Shown here in pieces: positions 26,763-39,828 of a stretch of DNA of 64,000 nucleotides. How positions within the stretch are numbered: position 1 is the first letter of the stretch; every line of letters begins with the position of its first letter. Source of the DNA: Eledone cirrhosa. Taxonomy: Eukaryota. Location: assembly GCA_964016885.1 (NCBI GenBank), contig OZ024740.1, positions 143,344,001 to 143,408,000 on the forward strand, written 5' to 3'. The notes under the pieces are model-generated. The model worked only from the letters and a program-made list of their open reading frames with translations, searched no databases and had not been told where the DNA came from. Made by a program: the position numbers and the translations under genes.

Positions 26763-27011
26763 GAACAATTTGGTTAGGGGAAGAAATAACTCTTAAAACT
26801 CCAATCAGTGCTAATACTTCGGCTATTACATGGAAAAGTGAAGGAAAGAATATTGCATGTGACAAAAGTTGCGGTGGGAATGAAGACTACAAAATTACTA
26901 GGGGAAATGGTTCATCTACCCTTTGGATAAGAAATGTTTCTTGGCAATATCGTACATGGACAGTTATTGAAAATGATTTGGAAACTGATGACTTCACTAT
27001 GGATATAAATG
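26763..27011 (+). CDS. Ig-like surface protein exon 3: V-like Ig domain
   Basis: tatttcag acceptor, gtaagg donor, 249 nt, symmetric phase 1. TIWLGEEITLKTPISANTSAITWKSEGKNIACDKSCGGNEDYKITRGNGSSTLWIRNVSWQYRTWTVIENDLETDDFTMDIN shows GE.ITL, the C-strand W, STL.I.NV and three N-glycosylation sequons. Confidence 0.88.
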
Positions 27012-29210
27012 GTAAGGAAATAATTTCTGATGATAATAATCATGGAGCAAGTATTTTATGGTGTTAAATCAAAGTCAACATTTGTATTTTAATGATTTAT
27101 TTTCTATCTTGAATTGTAATATTTCTGTAATATATAATAATGTGGGATAGTTAACTAAATGAACTGGTTAGATTAACCCCTATGTCCTTGTTCTAATATC
27201 TTGACCACATTTCCAATAATTAGGTGTCTATATTACCACTTAATTGTTATATGGTTGACAATCTTTCGGTATCTTCTAATATCTTAATCACATTCCCAGT
27301 GGTCACTTATCTAATGTTATATAACCCCTATAAAATAAGCTAATTTGTCAGACTGCCATATTTGTGTTAAAAATGTTTGTTTTTTGAAATTCAGATGTTA
27401 TGTTGATTTTATTTATTTTTTTTTTTTATATAGAATTTTAAATAATAACATTCTTATTCCTTTTCTATCTCTAAGAATGATTCCACATTCCTTAGTACAG
27501 ATGTATTGGAAGGTTTTATCTCTGAATGGTTTAGAAATCATATAAACACAAATTTAGCAGTATGTCTTATTTTATATAGTTTTCACAGAATTTTGAATCT
27601 CATAACTTGTTTGGTTTTAATATTGCAGTGAACTTTGTATATTTTTTGTTAGCCATGTGATGTTATAGACTATTTCCAACTCTCCTTATTTTCTGATAAC
27701 TTTTTCTTGGAGTTGAAAACTGTGAAAACAACCACACATTAAGAAGACCCGCTTAACATTTGCAGAGATAGGAGAAATCAATCTAAATATACCTACAGAC
27801 TAACAAAGAACAGTCTGTCTGAGGAACAATTTGTCCTCTATATATGATTATATACACTTACAGACTGATGAGGATTCTTTGTTACTAAAATATACATAAA
27901 ACAACTTTATACTGATATTATTCTTGTTTTTTTTTCTTTCCTTTTTTCAATTCTTGAAATGACAAAGAAATTGGTCTTATTTTTCATTGATCAGAACCTT
28001 TTTCCAAATTCTCACTGCAAACAAATCTATTGTAACCAAATCTTGACAATACAGTGTGGGAATAAAGAATCTGTAAATTAAAAAAATAGCTTGTGGTAGC
28101 AATAATAATAAAGGCTTACCTTGCTTCCAGAATTCACTTAGAGGAATTTTTAATAGCAGCTCTTTCATGCTAAACAGCTTAAAACACCACACTTTTCTGT
28201 GAGTCTCACACTCACATACACACGCAACCATACTTTGAAAAAAATTCTATGTTGAAAGAGGATTGGAGTTCTGTTCCTTCACTAACCTGGCACTATTTCC
28301 CTCTCATACTTCTGGCTCTTAACCCACAATACTACATACATTTTAAAAGACGGTATCATAGAAGCAACTAATTCATTATCGCTGGCAGGGCCTATGAGAG
28401 GGGGTCCAACTAGTACTTTGTTCCGGGGGCCCAAGACCTAAGAAGGCCCCACAGCAACCATGCAACATCCATTTTGAGAATTTGCCTGCTTCAGAGCAAA
28501 ATTTCTCCTGGAAGCCCTGATCGCAGGCACAGTTTTTTCTTTGGCAATTTCAGTATTGAAAAGTCTTCTAGTAGATGTTTCTCAAATGAGATGGAGGTGG
28601 GTGCAAATATTCTAAAATGCTGCTATTCGCACCAGAAATCAACATTCTCTGTTAACTGTTCTCTCTCATTTTCTGCATCATCATCATTGAACAGCCATTC
28701 TCCCTGGTAGCAAGTGTTGGACAGGTTATTACAGAATGAGTCAGTGCTCAAGTAGAGCTACTGACCTCTCAGATGGGTCAGAGGCCCACATCGTGCTTAC
28801 ATATATTTCCATACTCTATAGAGTGCACTTTATTGTGGCGCCAACATTAGAAAGGTTGTCATGACTTTGACACTGCTGAAGAAGCCTCTCAACCCTTTAT
28901 TTGACCAGTTTTCTATGACTGAATACCTTTCCTATCACCAACCACCTTGCAAAATGTACTGAGTTTGTTTAATTAAGTCACCAACACTAGAGAGGTTGTA
29001 CCTTTGACGTAACGGAAGAATTCTTTTGACTCTTTTTAACACGGTTTCTATGACAGGATTCTCTTCCTATTGCCAACCAAGTCACAGGTTGTACTGGGCG
29101 CATTTTTTGTAGCACCAACATTAAGGAGGTTATTGGTAATTGAGTTAACTGAAGATCCCTCTCTACTCTATGGGAGGGGATGTTAAAAAGGATGGTAAGT
29201 ATAATGCATG

Positions 29211-29241
<31 letters not shown>

Positions 29242-29278
29242 TTGTATGTATAATATGTACACATGATATATTTTGCAG

Positions 29279-29376
29279 TGAAGCCAACGATTCATTTTGA
29301 AATCAAACCAAATTGTGACTACAAAATAAAAACGACTTGTTCTAAACCCAAGACAAATATAACATGTCTCTACGAT
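29279..29376 (+). CDS. Ig-like surface protein exon 4: first half of domain 2
   Basis: ttttgcag acceptor, gtaagt donor, phase 1 to 0. VKPTIHFEIKPNCDYKIKTTCSKPKTNITCLYD, where CSKP resembles the Ig C-type .S.P motif. Confidence 0.85.
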
Positions 29377-30999
29377 GTAAGTAAATGGAATTGGGTTTTT
29401 ACCTGTTTCTCTTCCTATCATTAACCTATTCAATTATGTGCTAGGGAGTGGATTGCTTAATTTTATTTAAGGTAACTGGAGTGAGTAGGGTGTATCTTGC
29501 TTAGAGACACAACACAATTACTCTAGTACAGTATTTGTAATTCTAAGTCGGGACATATCAGTTCAAAATGAGATTAACAAAAAAAGATTTGACTATGGTA
29601 TTTTAAGAAATGAACTGAGCATCAAATAACATTGTGACATTTACAATGTGGAACTTGCTTGATTAAAAGTTTTTTATCAGTCCAGTAATGAAGCAAAAGA
29701 ATCATCATCCATCATATGTAATATTTTCCAGTATTTTCATGTGTAAGTACAACAGTGGCACTGATCCATGATCATAACAATCTATGAGCTGACTGAGAGC
29801 AATGTTAGACACTTTTGTCTATGTTGATCAATGTTCACTTGATGCCTAAAAAAACACATTTTTGAAGCTGTGCACTCCATCAGATTTTAAAAATGGAATA
29901 ATTCCATAGAAAATGAGATTTACAATTGTGATTCATAAAGAGCGGGTTTTCCATTTTGTTTACAATATCATATAAGACATGGGAGGACTTTCGGGTTAAG
30001 TTAGAACCTGACATTTGATCAGTAAATGAAATATTTTGGCAAACTATCTCCTGACTTCATTATAAGAAGTCCTCCTCTACACCTGCTTTCAAGAACTTGT
30101 CTGGGGTTCTTGTTTCTGAAGAGAGGTGCATCCTCATAAGCTAGAGAGAGTACTTTGCTGATCCTGGGTCACAATAGTTAATGTACATGAGTAGTGTCTA
30201 ACCTTGCGAAGGCTGTGTGGTCACCAGAGCAATTAAAGTGCTCAAATGTGGCAAGGCCTCTGAGGAAGATGAAATTGGGCCTGAGGTTTAAAACCTTAAA
30301 TAGAAAAGGTATGTTCTGGCTGATTCATGTGTTAGGTGGCCTGAATCTCTGTGAAGGCACCAAAGCACTAGCAGCAGGGAGTGATACAATTTTAGAAGAA
30401 GTGAGATTGCTCTAATTATTTGTTGTTAACACAATATAAACTATAATAAAGTAAGAAGCGCGGGATTGCTTAGTAAAATAAGTTGGTTTACTTTGAATAA
30501 ATAATGAATGAATATTACATAATTTATCTACTAAATTTCGTGGCTGTTCATTAAATATATTTTATTATTTATTTAAAGATTCGCTTCTTTAAAATTTTCA
30601 AATGTAAACACTTCCGATCGCTTAAATAAATACTCATATATTTCCTTCACTAATTTTCTCCTAATGCAGTTTATATATAGTATCGTCTTTTTTAATGTAT
30701 CATGGATTACATTACTGATTAAATAAGACAGTGTAATACAGTCTTCGTTCAATTTCTGTGTATATTGTCAATTACGATTTTATTTGATGTATCATATCTA
30801 CATGCATATATACTTGCGTAAAATATCAATATACACACTAAACATACTAGCAGAAAACCACCCGAAGGGTGGTTTTTCTGCTAGTTTATTTAATGAATAT
30901 GATTTACAGAATAAACAAATCAATAGAAATTAATTAGAGAAAGAAAAAACAAAAAAACAAGAGAAGATGGGTACACTCAATTGCATGCTACAACAGGGA

Positions 31000-31455
31000 A
31001 TGTTCGTATTTCCCTAAAACATTTTGAGGTAATCAAGACACTCATGACATTGCTGCTGGAATAGCCAAGCACTCTTATGAGCATCACCTGATACTTCAGT
31101 AAGATGAGCTGCCAACAATGACAAGAACCTTATTGTCAGCAACCCTGCTACCACCAAATATTTTGAATGCTTCAGGCTGAAACATGGATTACCAATAATT
31201 CACTGTATTTCAGAATTTTATTTCGTTTGGCTATGGTTGCAGTGACCCCCATTTTTTCTGCAGCATCTAATATATGAGGAGCAAAAGCATCACTGACTGT
31301 GGTGCCCCATAAGATGCATCTACTTTTAGCCTGAGGGCAAAGAGTAAGACGAATGAGCCTCTTTCCATTAACCCTGGACAGTCCATTTCTAATAGAATTT
31401 GGAATTTCAAAATATTTTCCACTTACTATAGCTAATCTTCCAGCTCTAATCATAT
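31000..31455 (-). mobile_element. CRE-like REL endonuclease remnant
   Basis: NGLSRVNGKR...TL.P...LWGTTVSDAFAP...KYSEL matches the GL.R.DGKRPDG...WD.T..D..A pattern. A related remnant lies at ~46790-47030. Confidence 0.65.
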
Positions 31456-31589
31456 CATCTAGATAGAAAAATATATTTACTATTATCGATGGGGGATGGG
31501 GCTGGAGTGTTGTAACACTTTTCTGCTTGTTCGAGTTTAGGGTGGGGGGAGGTAGTGGATTAGCTAACCTGCTTCTGCTGCATGCATTC

Positions 31590-32950
31590 CACTTGCATGA
31601 GAGGCGAGTTCTTCATATTACAGAATTTTTCTCAGTCCTGGATCATCTCCTTTATGGGATTTAACTGCATGAGGTCGGCCTTTATGACACCATCTCATCA
31701 CAGAATTTCCTAGGTCTTCCTCTTCCAAGGGTTCCTTTGACTTCAGGAGCCCTACATTTCTTTATGCAGCTGTCATCCTTCATACATATTACATGTTCAT
31801 ACTATCGCAATTTCTTCTCATGAACACTACACATGATGCCTCTTATGCCCAGCTTTACTCTTAGCTCATTGATATTTCATCGCTCTTATATATTACTATT
31901 ATACATTCATCGGAGCATGCTCATCTCATTTCTTTCCAATCTTTGTAAGTCCTCCATACACAAAGCCAAAGTCTAACTACAATGTAGCATTGCTGTTCGT
32001 ACACAAGCAGCATACAGTCTGCCATTCACTCTGAGGCAGAAACCTTTTGTAGCTAGCAGTGACAGTAGCTCCCTGACTTAACTTTTTCCAACCAGTCCTT
32101 ATTCTGGCTACTGTACTTTCAGAACACCCATTCCCACTACGAATTTGATCCTCTAGATAGCAGAAACTATTGACTATTTCTAGGAAGCCCTCTGAACATT
32201 TAATAGGGCGTTTCATGTGTGCTCTTGTTACTTACTGCTTCTGTGCATTGGTTACATACAAAGCCTACATTTTTAACCTGGTGTAAAACCAAACTGCATC
32301 TTGTCTATGTTAATTCTATCCTGAATTAGTTGTGCAATAACTATTTCAGTAACTTTCATGACTTGGTTCATCAACTTGATGCCTCTTTAGTTTCCTCTGT
32401 CTAGTGTGTCTCCTTTGCCCTTGATGCTGCTATGCCAGTCATTAGGTATGACACCATCCTGTATTACTTGATTTACTATGCACATAGTGTGTGCCCCACT
32501 CAACCAGATACTTTTGGCATCTGAGCTACTATCCCTGATGGCCCAGCTGCTTTACTTGTCTTCATATCCTTCATTGCCTTACTTACTACACAGTTGCTAA
32601 CTTGGCTGACCAGACCCTCTGTTGAATCTGCTTGAGGCAGGCCTTCTTTCTTCTCAGCAACAATGAGGGCAAGTCTACCACTGTCATTTTGGACACAATT
32701 CTCCCCAACAACATCTTGATTTTTCCCTCACATCTTGCAATCCTGAACACCTCATGCCTATGGTCCCCACAGTGCAGAACATGCACACATTTCTTGTTTT
32801 CTGCTTTCCTCCTTCCTAAGTATACCTGTCACTTGGCTTCTCTTCTACCATCTTGATACTGTTCTCTGCTTCCCCCATTTTGCCAATCTTTCCATGTCTG
32901 TTTCTTCTAACTGTCTTATCTACCCTTCTATTCCTCCACCATGTCACTCT
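31590..32950 (-). mobile_element. Old RTE LINE remnant
   Basis: HEVFRIAR, GCSESTVARIRTGWKK and other fragments homologous to 20280-23142. Confidence 0.85.
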
Positions 32951-35082
32951 CTGGCATCCAGGGGCCTTGTTTTGAAGTATATGGGGACAGGGAAGGTTCT
33001 GTGGTATGAGTTAATTGGATTTGGTGCCTGGGATGTAGTGAATTTGCATGGCATTTCAGTCATATTTCTGAACATGGTGTGGTACTTCAGCCCCTTTTCT
33101 AAAATGATCTACCTCATTTATATCGCTTATCCAGATTGATCAGACAGAAAACTGTTGGTGGTGGAAAGGGGATGGAAGAGAGGTTTCTGATGAGGTTTAG
33201 GGAAGAGGAGGAGAATAGAATTTAGGAAAAGAAAGATGGCAAACATGGCTAAAATAGAACAGGACAAGAGAGATCTGAAGAAGTAAATTTTAGGGAAGAA
33301 AGATGAGATAGATTGAAAACAGCAAGCAAAAATAAAATGAAATATTTATGAACAATACAAGAGAGAGAGTGAGAAATGAATTGTAGGGAAGGAAGAAAAA
33401 TGAGAAATATATAATGTATATGGCAGAATTTGCAGAAAAGAGGAGAATAGGATTTAGGAAAAGAGAGATAGCAAACATCACTAAAAATAGAATATTCATA
33501 AGATATAAGCTTTAAGGAAGAAAGATGAGATAAGAAGAAAATATATACTGTATATACTCAAATATAAGCCACCACCACCCCTATTTTATGTCTGAGAAAT
33601 GAGCAAAAATCCAACTGATCAACACATTATGTTTAGATAGAATGGTTTTGAAATTCTCGTGATTATAAAATATAGTTACAAAGTTTTAATATTTTGATGT
33701 TTAAAATATAGTTTTTGTTTCACACCTCCATTGGGTAATGAGTTTCCATTACGCTAAGTTTCAACAAGTTTCTCAAATGTTTGTTTACTTCTGGCCACTC
33801 ACATGCTACAAGTACTTTGAAAGCAAGAAATCAACTAAGAAAGCATTGTATTAGAATAGAAGAAGGAGGGGGTGACAGCAAGTGAGAGATGGCAATAAAA
33901 TAATATTAGAAGAAAGATTTCAATTTTACAGAACATTGAAAGAAAAAGTATTATTAAGTCAGAGAAAAACATGTATGTGTGTGCACATGTGCATATGTAA
34001 TTCTGTATAAGATATTTATGTATTAAAAAATTTAAATTATAAAACTTTGTTGGAAATATTTTCATGGGAATGCATAAAAAACACTAATGATGATGTAAAT
34101 GAAGCAAAACAGTTTCATTGTAAAATAATCACTCCATATATTTTAACACCTTATTTCTGGTGAAAATCAGCAAAATATAAGCTGACACCCATTTTACCAT
34201 TGATTCTTTTTGTCACATATTTATTAGCTTATATTCAAGTATATATGGTATATGTGACTGTGTTTGAAGGAAAAGGTGAGGGCTTACAAGAATTAGTCAC
34301 ATAGTGTTATGTATATGCGGATGAAGTACAGAGGATATTATATGTAATATATTCTTGATTTGTGTAATGTTTATATTTTGGTTTAATGAAATTAAGCTAT
34401 ATCGTCAAGCACTTATTTCAGAATATTTGCAAGCTCTTTTAGTAATGGGGAATGAACTTTGACACGGGATTGGGGATCAAGTTTCATGTGACAAGGCCTA
34501 GTTTCAAAAAGGGATTTATATCATGTTGGTATCCTCTATATAGAAATATGTATAATGAGTGTTCTACCACATTCAGACTATAATCACTGTACTATGTCCA
34601 GCTCCACCACTTGTTCTGTTACCAATATAACAGAACTTATCAATAATATAGAAGATATCATTGTAAGCCTTGCATGTGTCATAGTTGAAATTATGGTAAC
34701 TTTCCAGATTGTCTCAATAATGTTATACCTTATGACTGTTTTAACAAGCTAAGTAACTTAAATAGAAATAAATTAAGTATTAAATGTAATAAAGTAAAAG
34801 TTTAGTCCTTGAAAATTAGTTACTGGGGAAAAATCATTTGAGCCAGTCAAAATCTCACAAAAACTTTGAAATTCACTTTTATCATTTATTTATTGTTGTC
34901 AAACTTTTCCTTGCATTGATTATGACCAAGTTACTGACACAGTTTCACTGATAAATATAAAATGAATTTAAGTTTCTTAAGTCTCAACACAAGCTCAATC
35001 AAGTCACATACCAACCAAGTACAACTCTGAAATTAATAATGATTTCTTTAAATATTCTTTTTTATTTTACTTTCTTTCTCAG

Positions 35083-35248
35083 AAAGATCTGAAACTTACA
35101 CACGAATCTGAACCTTGTAATAATCGAAGTAGTAAATTAAACCCTCCTGATGTAAAGTTAATACACCAATCAACTACACCTGGGAAAATCAAATGTGATG
35201 TCCATCTTGATAGTCTTTTACTGTTTACTGTAAATAAAGAATTTGAAT
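35083..35248 (+). CDS. Ig-like surface protein exon 5: second half of domain 2
   Basis: Long polypyrimidine tract with ctcag, gtaagg donor, phase 0 to 1, matching its neighbours. KDLKLTHESEPCNNRSSKLNPPDVKLIHQSTTPGKIKCDVHLDSLLLFTVNKEFE (G.I.C F-strand). Confidence 0.85.
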
Positions 35249-35702
35249 GTAAGGGCATGATTTTATCATTTTTATAAATAATATTGGAAATTGTTTTCAA
35301 ATGTTCTTTGTTTAGATATATTCACTTCTTAGAATCTGCTCCCACCATCACTGTACTCCCCCAATTCCACCCCTTCCACTCATCACCCTGTCAAACCCCA
35401 GCACACCTATCTTATACCCATAACATATTCTCTTCACCTTTTTACTTCCTCACATCACCACTTGAAGCCAGGCATGGAACCTGTCACTCTCCACCTCTTG
35501 TCACCTATGATATACCTAATATCCTTTTTACATCCTTCATCGTCTCTCCCCAAATAAGTTGAGTGATTGCATAAATGCTGCATCATTGGCTCTAAAGGAC
35601 TGTAGCATTACTTCTTCACATGAAGGTAACTTAGACAAACTATAACCACTTGATTTCTTGCAGCTATTAAATAAATAACAATATATTGGTTTTCTTTTGC
35701 AG

Positions 35703-35872
35703 GCACTAGCTCTTCAGTGAAGCCTCTTACTACAATGACAGAGGATATTACTACAATGACACCTTTTACAATATCGTCTATTTCGGGTAATAGTGCAAAA
35801 TCATGCATTTCCAGAATTTGGATGGAACTTATTATTGGGATCATCATTACTGTTATCTGTTTAAGATATTAA
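35703..35872 (+). CDS. Ig-like surface protein exon 6: Ser/Thr stalk + hydrophobic C-terminus (probable GPI signal)
   Basis: ttttcttttgcag acceptor, phase 1. CTSSSVKPLTTMTEDITTMTPFTISSISGNSAKSCISRIWMELIIGIIITVICLRY*. Donor gtatgt 19 nt after the stop. Confidence 0.85.
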
Positions 35873-36289
35873 AAAGTAATAGATAGAGATGGTATGTATT
35901 ATCCACTATTTTTTTGCATGAATTTGATGGGTTTTCACCCTCACAGCTTACTTTCAACTTGCTCCAACAATTTGAGATCAGCATCTCACCACTTCAGTCA
36001 AAGTCTTCCTTAGTCTTCTCTTCCACATCTTTCTTCCTTGGATTCTCTTAGTTCTTCTTGACCCAACGATCATTATGCATCAGCATCACATGTCCTTACC
36101 AGTGCAATCTTCTCTCTTGCACATTTGATTCAACTTATGCCCAGTTTTTCACTCAATTCATTTGTGCTTCATCATTCATGCATACTAACATTACACATTC
36201 TTAAAGAGCATGTTTGATTTGTTTCTCTGCAGTCTTCACACATTCTCTGTATTCACTGCCCATGTCTTACTACAATGCTGTATCACACT

Positions 36290-37215
36290 TAAGAGACGTG
36301 CAACCAAGCAAATACCCTCCATCAGGCATCTACCATACTCTGAATGCCTTGCTTCCCTGGGCATGGATACATTGAAGCTCCGACGTCTGGCAATTGACTT
36401 GGTAAACACCCACAAAATTATTAACCATCTGAGCACCTTTTTGATTTCCATGTGTCTAACACACATGGGCATGCCTACAAAGTCAGAAAACAGCACAGCT
36501 CCCATGACTTTCGGAAAATTTTTTTCATGCTCAGAGTTGCTGAAGCATGGAACAAACTCTGCATCAGTTGTTAGCTGCCGAGACACAACATGCTTTAAAA
36601 CCTCCATGCTTCCTGAAATTTGCCAACACTATACTTGATATCCCTCCTCCATACACATGCACACATATATATCATGACTCATACACTGTTCACTTTCCTG
36701 GCATTTGTACATCATTTTATGTACTATAAATGCACCTTTGATGAATCGTAGTGCACCTGAGCACTGTACACAATAAATTCATTATTATTATATATATATA
36801 AGGGCGGTGCCCCAGCATGGCCTCAGCCGGATGGCTGAAACAGGTAAAAGAGTAATATAATGAAATTATTGTGTGAAGTGCTCAGGTGCACTACAACTCG
36901 TCAAAGGTGCATGTATAGTACATAGAATAATACACAAATGTCAGTGAAGTGAATAGTGTATGAGTCATGATATACATGTGTGTATTTGTATGGAGGGGGA
37001 ACATTAGGTGTAGTGTTGGCGAATCTCGGGAAGCATGGAGGCCTTAAAGGATGCAGTGTCTCGACAGCTAACAACCGATGCAAGTAGTTTGTTCCATGCT
37101 TCAGCAACTCTGAGCGTGAAAAAATGTTTTCGAAAGTCATTGGAACTGTACAGTTTTCTGACTTTGTGGGCATGTCCACGTGTGTTAGACACATGGAAAT
37201 CAAAAAGGTACTCAG
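36290..37215. mobile_element. Two CR1-type LINE 3' ends, tail-to-tail
   Basis: The + copy (36290-36790, LPYSECLASLGMDTLKLRR) and the - copy (36857-37215, TRGHAHKVRK...FFTLRVAEAWNKL) share ~350 bp in inverted orientation. Confidence 0.85.
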
Positions 37216-37371
37216 GGTTGTTATATGCAGGAATCATACAATCTACGCTTCAGATGTAGAGAAAAACCCTTGTTATCAACAAATATTTCAGTGTTACCTC
37301 TTTTCTCACTATTACCTCAGACAAAGAAGAATCCATCTTTAAAAATTTATAAATAAATTTTTTTTAATGAA

Positions 37372-39610
37372 ATCATCATCATCATTTTACGTCCGCTTTT
37401 CCCTGCTTGCAAGGGTGGGACGGGTCTTATTCAGCACAGCATCTCTCCACTCATCACGGTCCCTCGTCATCTCCACAGTGAGCTTCAATGATCTGAGGTC
37501 TGTTCTCACCACCTCCGCCCATGTTTTTCGTGGTCTACCTCTACCACGTCTTCCTTCAACTGGCATTTCCTGGCACTTCTTCACCCATCGGTCATCCTCC
37601 ATGCGCATCACATGTCCATACCACCTCAGTCTCCTCTCCCGTACACTACATTCTATCCCTCTCAGACACAGTTTCTCTCTCAACACATTTATGCTGGGTC
37701 GTTCACGCACATTTACACTGCACATCCAACGGAGCATGCTTGCCTCATTTCTCTCCAGCCGTCGCATATCCTCTGCGGTTGCTGCCCATGTCTCACTACC
37801 ATGCAGCATCGCGCTCCTCACACAGGCATCATACAACCGGCCTTTCGTACGCAGGGAGAAACCCTTCTTCGTCAACAGAGGAAGCAGCTCCCTAAACTTC
37901 TTCCAACCCGTCCTTATTCTAGATACTATGGCCTCGGAACACCCTCCTCCCATGCTAATCTGATCTCCTAGGTACCGGAAGCTATCCACCACTTCTATAG
38001 CGCCCTCTCGCATTTGAAAAATGTGTCTATCAGTGCAACTTCTACTGTCTAATTTCCCTATACACCATATATAGCCTGATTGATGATGCGTGCAACCAGT
38101 TTAGTGCCTACGTCCCCTGATGCCTTCAGCATCTCAGCAACTATTCCCGATGGTCCGGCCGCCTTACCATTTTTCATTTCCCTAATCGCCTCTTGGACCC
38201 TATATTCGTCAATCTCAATAGCTGGTCCCTCTGTCGGATCTACCAAGGGTAATTTTTCTCTCTCCCATTCGTTCTCCACATTCATCAGTCTCTCATAATG
38301 ACATTTCCAGGCCTCCTTTTTCTGGTCATTCGTGACACTAAGTACACCGGCATCATCCCGGACACATTTATCTCCAACGACATCCTGATTTGCATTGACA
38401 CACTGCCTTGCAATGTGGAACACCGCACGCCTCTGATCTTCCCGTCGCAGAACATTGGCAAACCTCCTACTCTCTGCCTCCCTGTGTGCTAAGTACACCT
38501 GACGTCTAGCTTCTCTCTTAGTGGCTGTATATTCTTCCCTACTCCCACCCTTTTTCCAAGCCTTCCATGCTAGTCTTTTGTCTCTAATAGCCTTATCTAC
38601 TGTGCTGTTCCACCACCAGGTCACTCTCTGTCTGGTTGGAGCTCTGCTCCAGCCACAGGTTTCATCAGTAGCCTGCAGCAAGTTGTCACGTAAGAACTTC
38701 CAGTTGTTATCTATGTCATACGTCTCTAAATTGTCTTCTTTTTCGTCATATACATCTTGAAGGGCTTTCCTAAATTTGTATTTTAGTGAAAGGTCTTTTA
38801 GCTTCCAGACCTTTCTTCTCCACACCTTCCTATATGTCTCATTCCATCTCTTGCTTACTGAGATATCACTAACAACTAACCTATGCTGTGGGGTACATTC
38901 TTCCCCAGGGTATGCCTTGGTATTAGACACTATCTGCCTGTCCCGCTGCCTAACTAGCAGGAAGTCAATCTGGCTTATGTGCTCACCAGATTTGTAGGTT
39001 ATTAGGTGATTGGCAGGTTTCTGGAAGTTTGTGTTGCAAATAGTCAATGTACTCGCATCACAAAATTCAAGAAGTCTCACTCCTTCTTCATTTCTTGAAC
39101 CGTAACCGTGTCCACCATGTACCCCAGTGTAACCATCCTGGAGCTGTCCAACATGATCATTGAAGTCTCCTGCTAGCATAACGATGTCTCCGTCCTCTGT
39201 CATTGTGGTTGTTTGCAAAAGTTGCTCATAAAAGCAGTCTTTCTCATCTTTGCCTAGGCCTGCTTGGGGAGCATAGACCGAGATGATTGTCAGTAGTCTC
39301 CTACCTACAACTAATCTAAGCTTAATTATTCGATTACTAACTCGAACTACCTCTATTGTCTTATTGATCCATTTCTCAGCCAGGAAAATGCCTACTCCCC
39401 CTAACTCATCATCATTACCTACCCAGAATAGCTTATAGCTAAGACGCTTGCCTACAACTAGTCTCGCAGAGGCACCTCTCCATCTCACCTCTTGCACGCA
39501 GCACACATCCACCTGCCTTCTCTCCAGCATCTCTGCTATTTCAGCAGATCTACCTCTGAGAGTGCCAACATTAAGTGTTGCAACTCTGAGATGCGACGTC
39601 TTCATATTTT
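37372..39610 (-). mobile_element. Young RTE LINE with RT core deleted
   Basis: Open 515-aa ORF (APE + linker) joined to an open 208-aa C-terminal ORF and an (atg)n tail. The YADD region is absent. Confidence 0.93.
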
Positions 39611-39794
39611 CCTATGCTGTTTTGTTGCTGTGCTGATAAGCTTTTTGGCATTGATACACTGGTTGGATGCCCTTACTAACACCAGCGCCACTTTACAGCA
39701 TGGACTGGGTGCTTTTATTTGTGCCACCAGCACTAGAGAGGATGTCTTACTAGACTCAAGGGCCCTCTCTACCCCTCCATTTTACAGCAGGGTC

Positions 39795-39828
<34 letters not shown>

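Noticed and set aside
27862-27900. CTGATGAG hammerhead-like start
   Set aside because: No stem II closure or GAAA follows.
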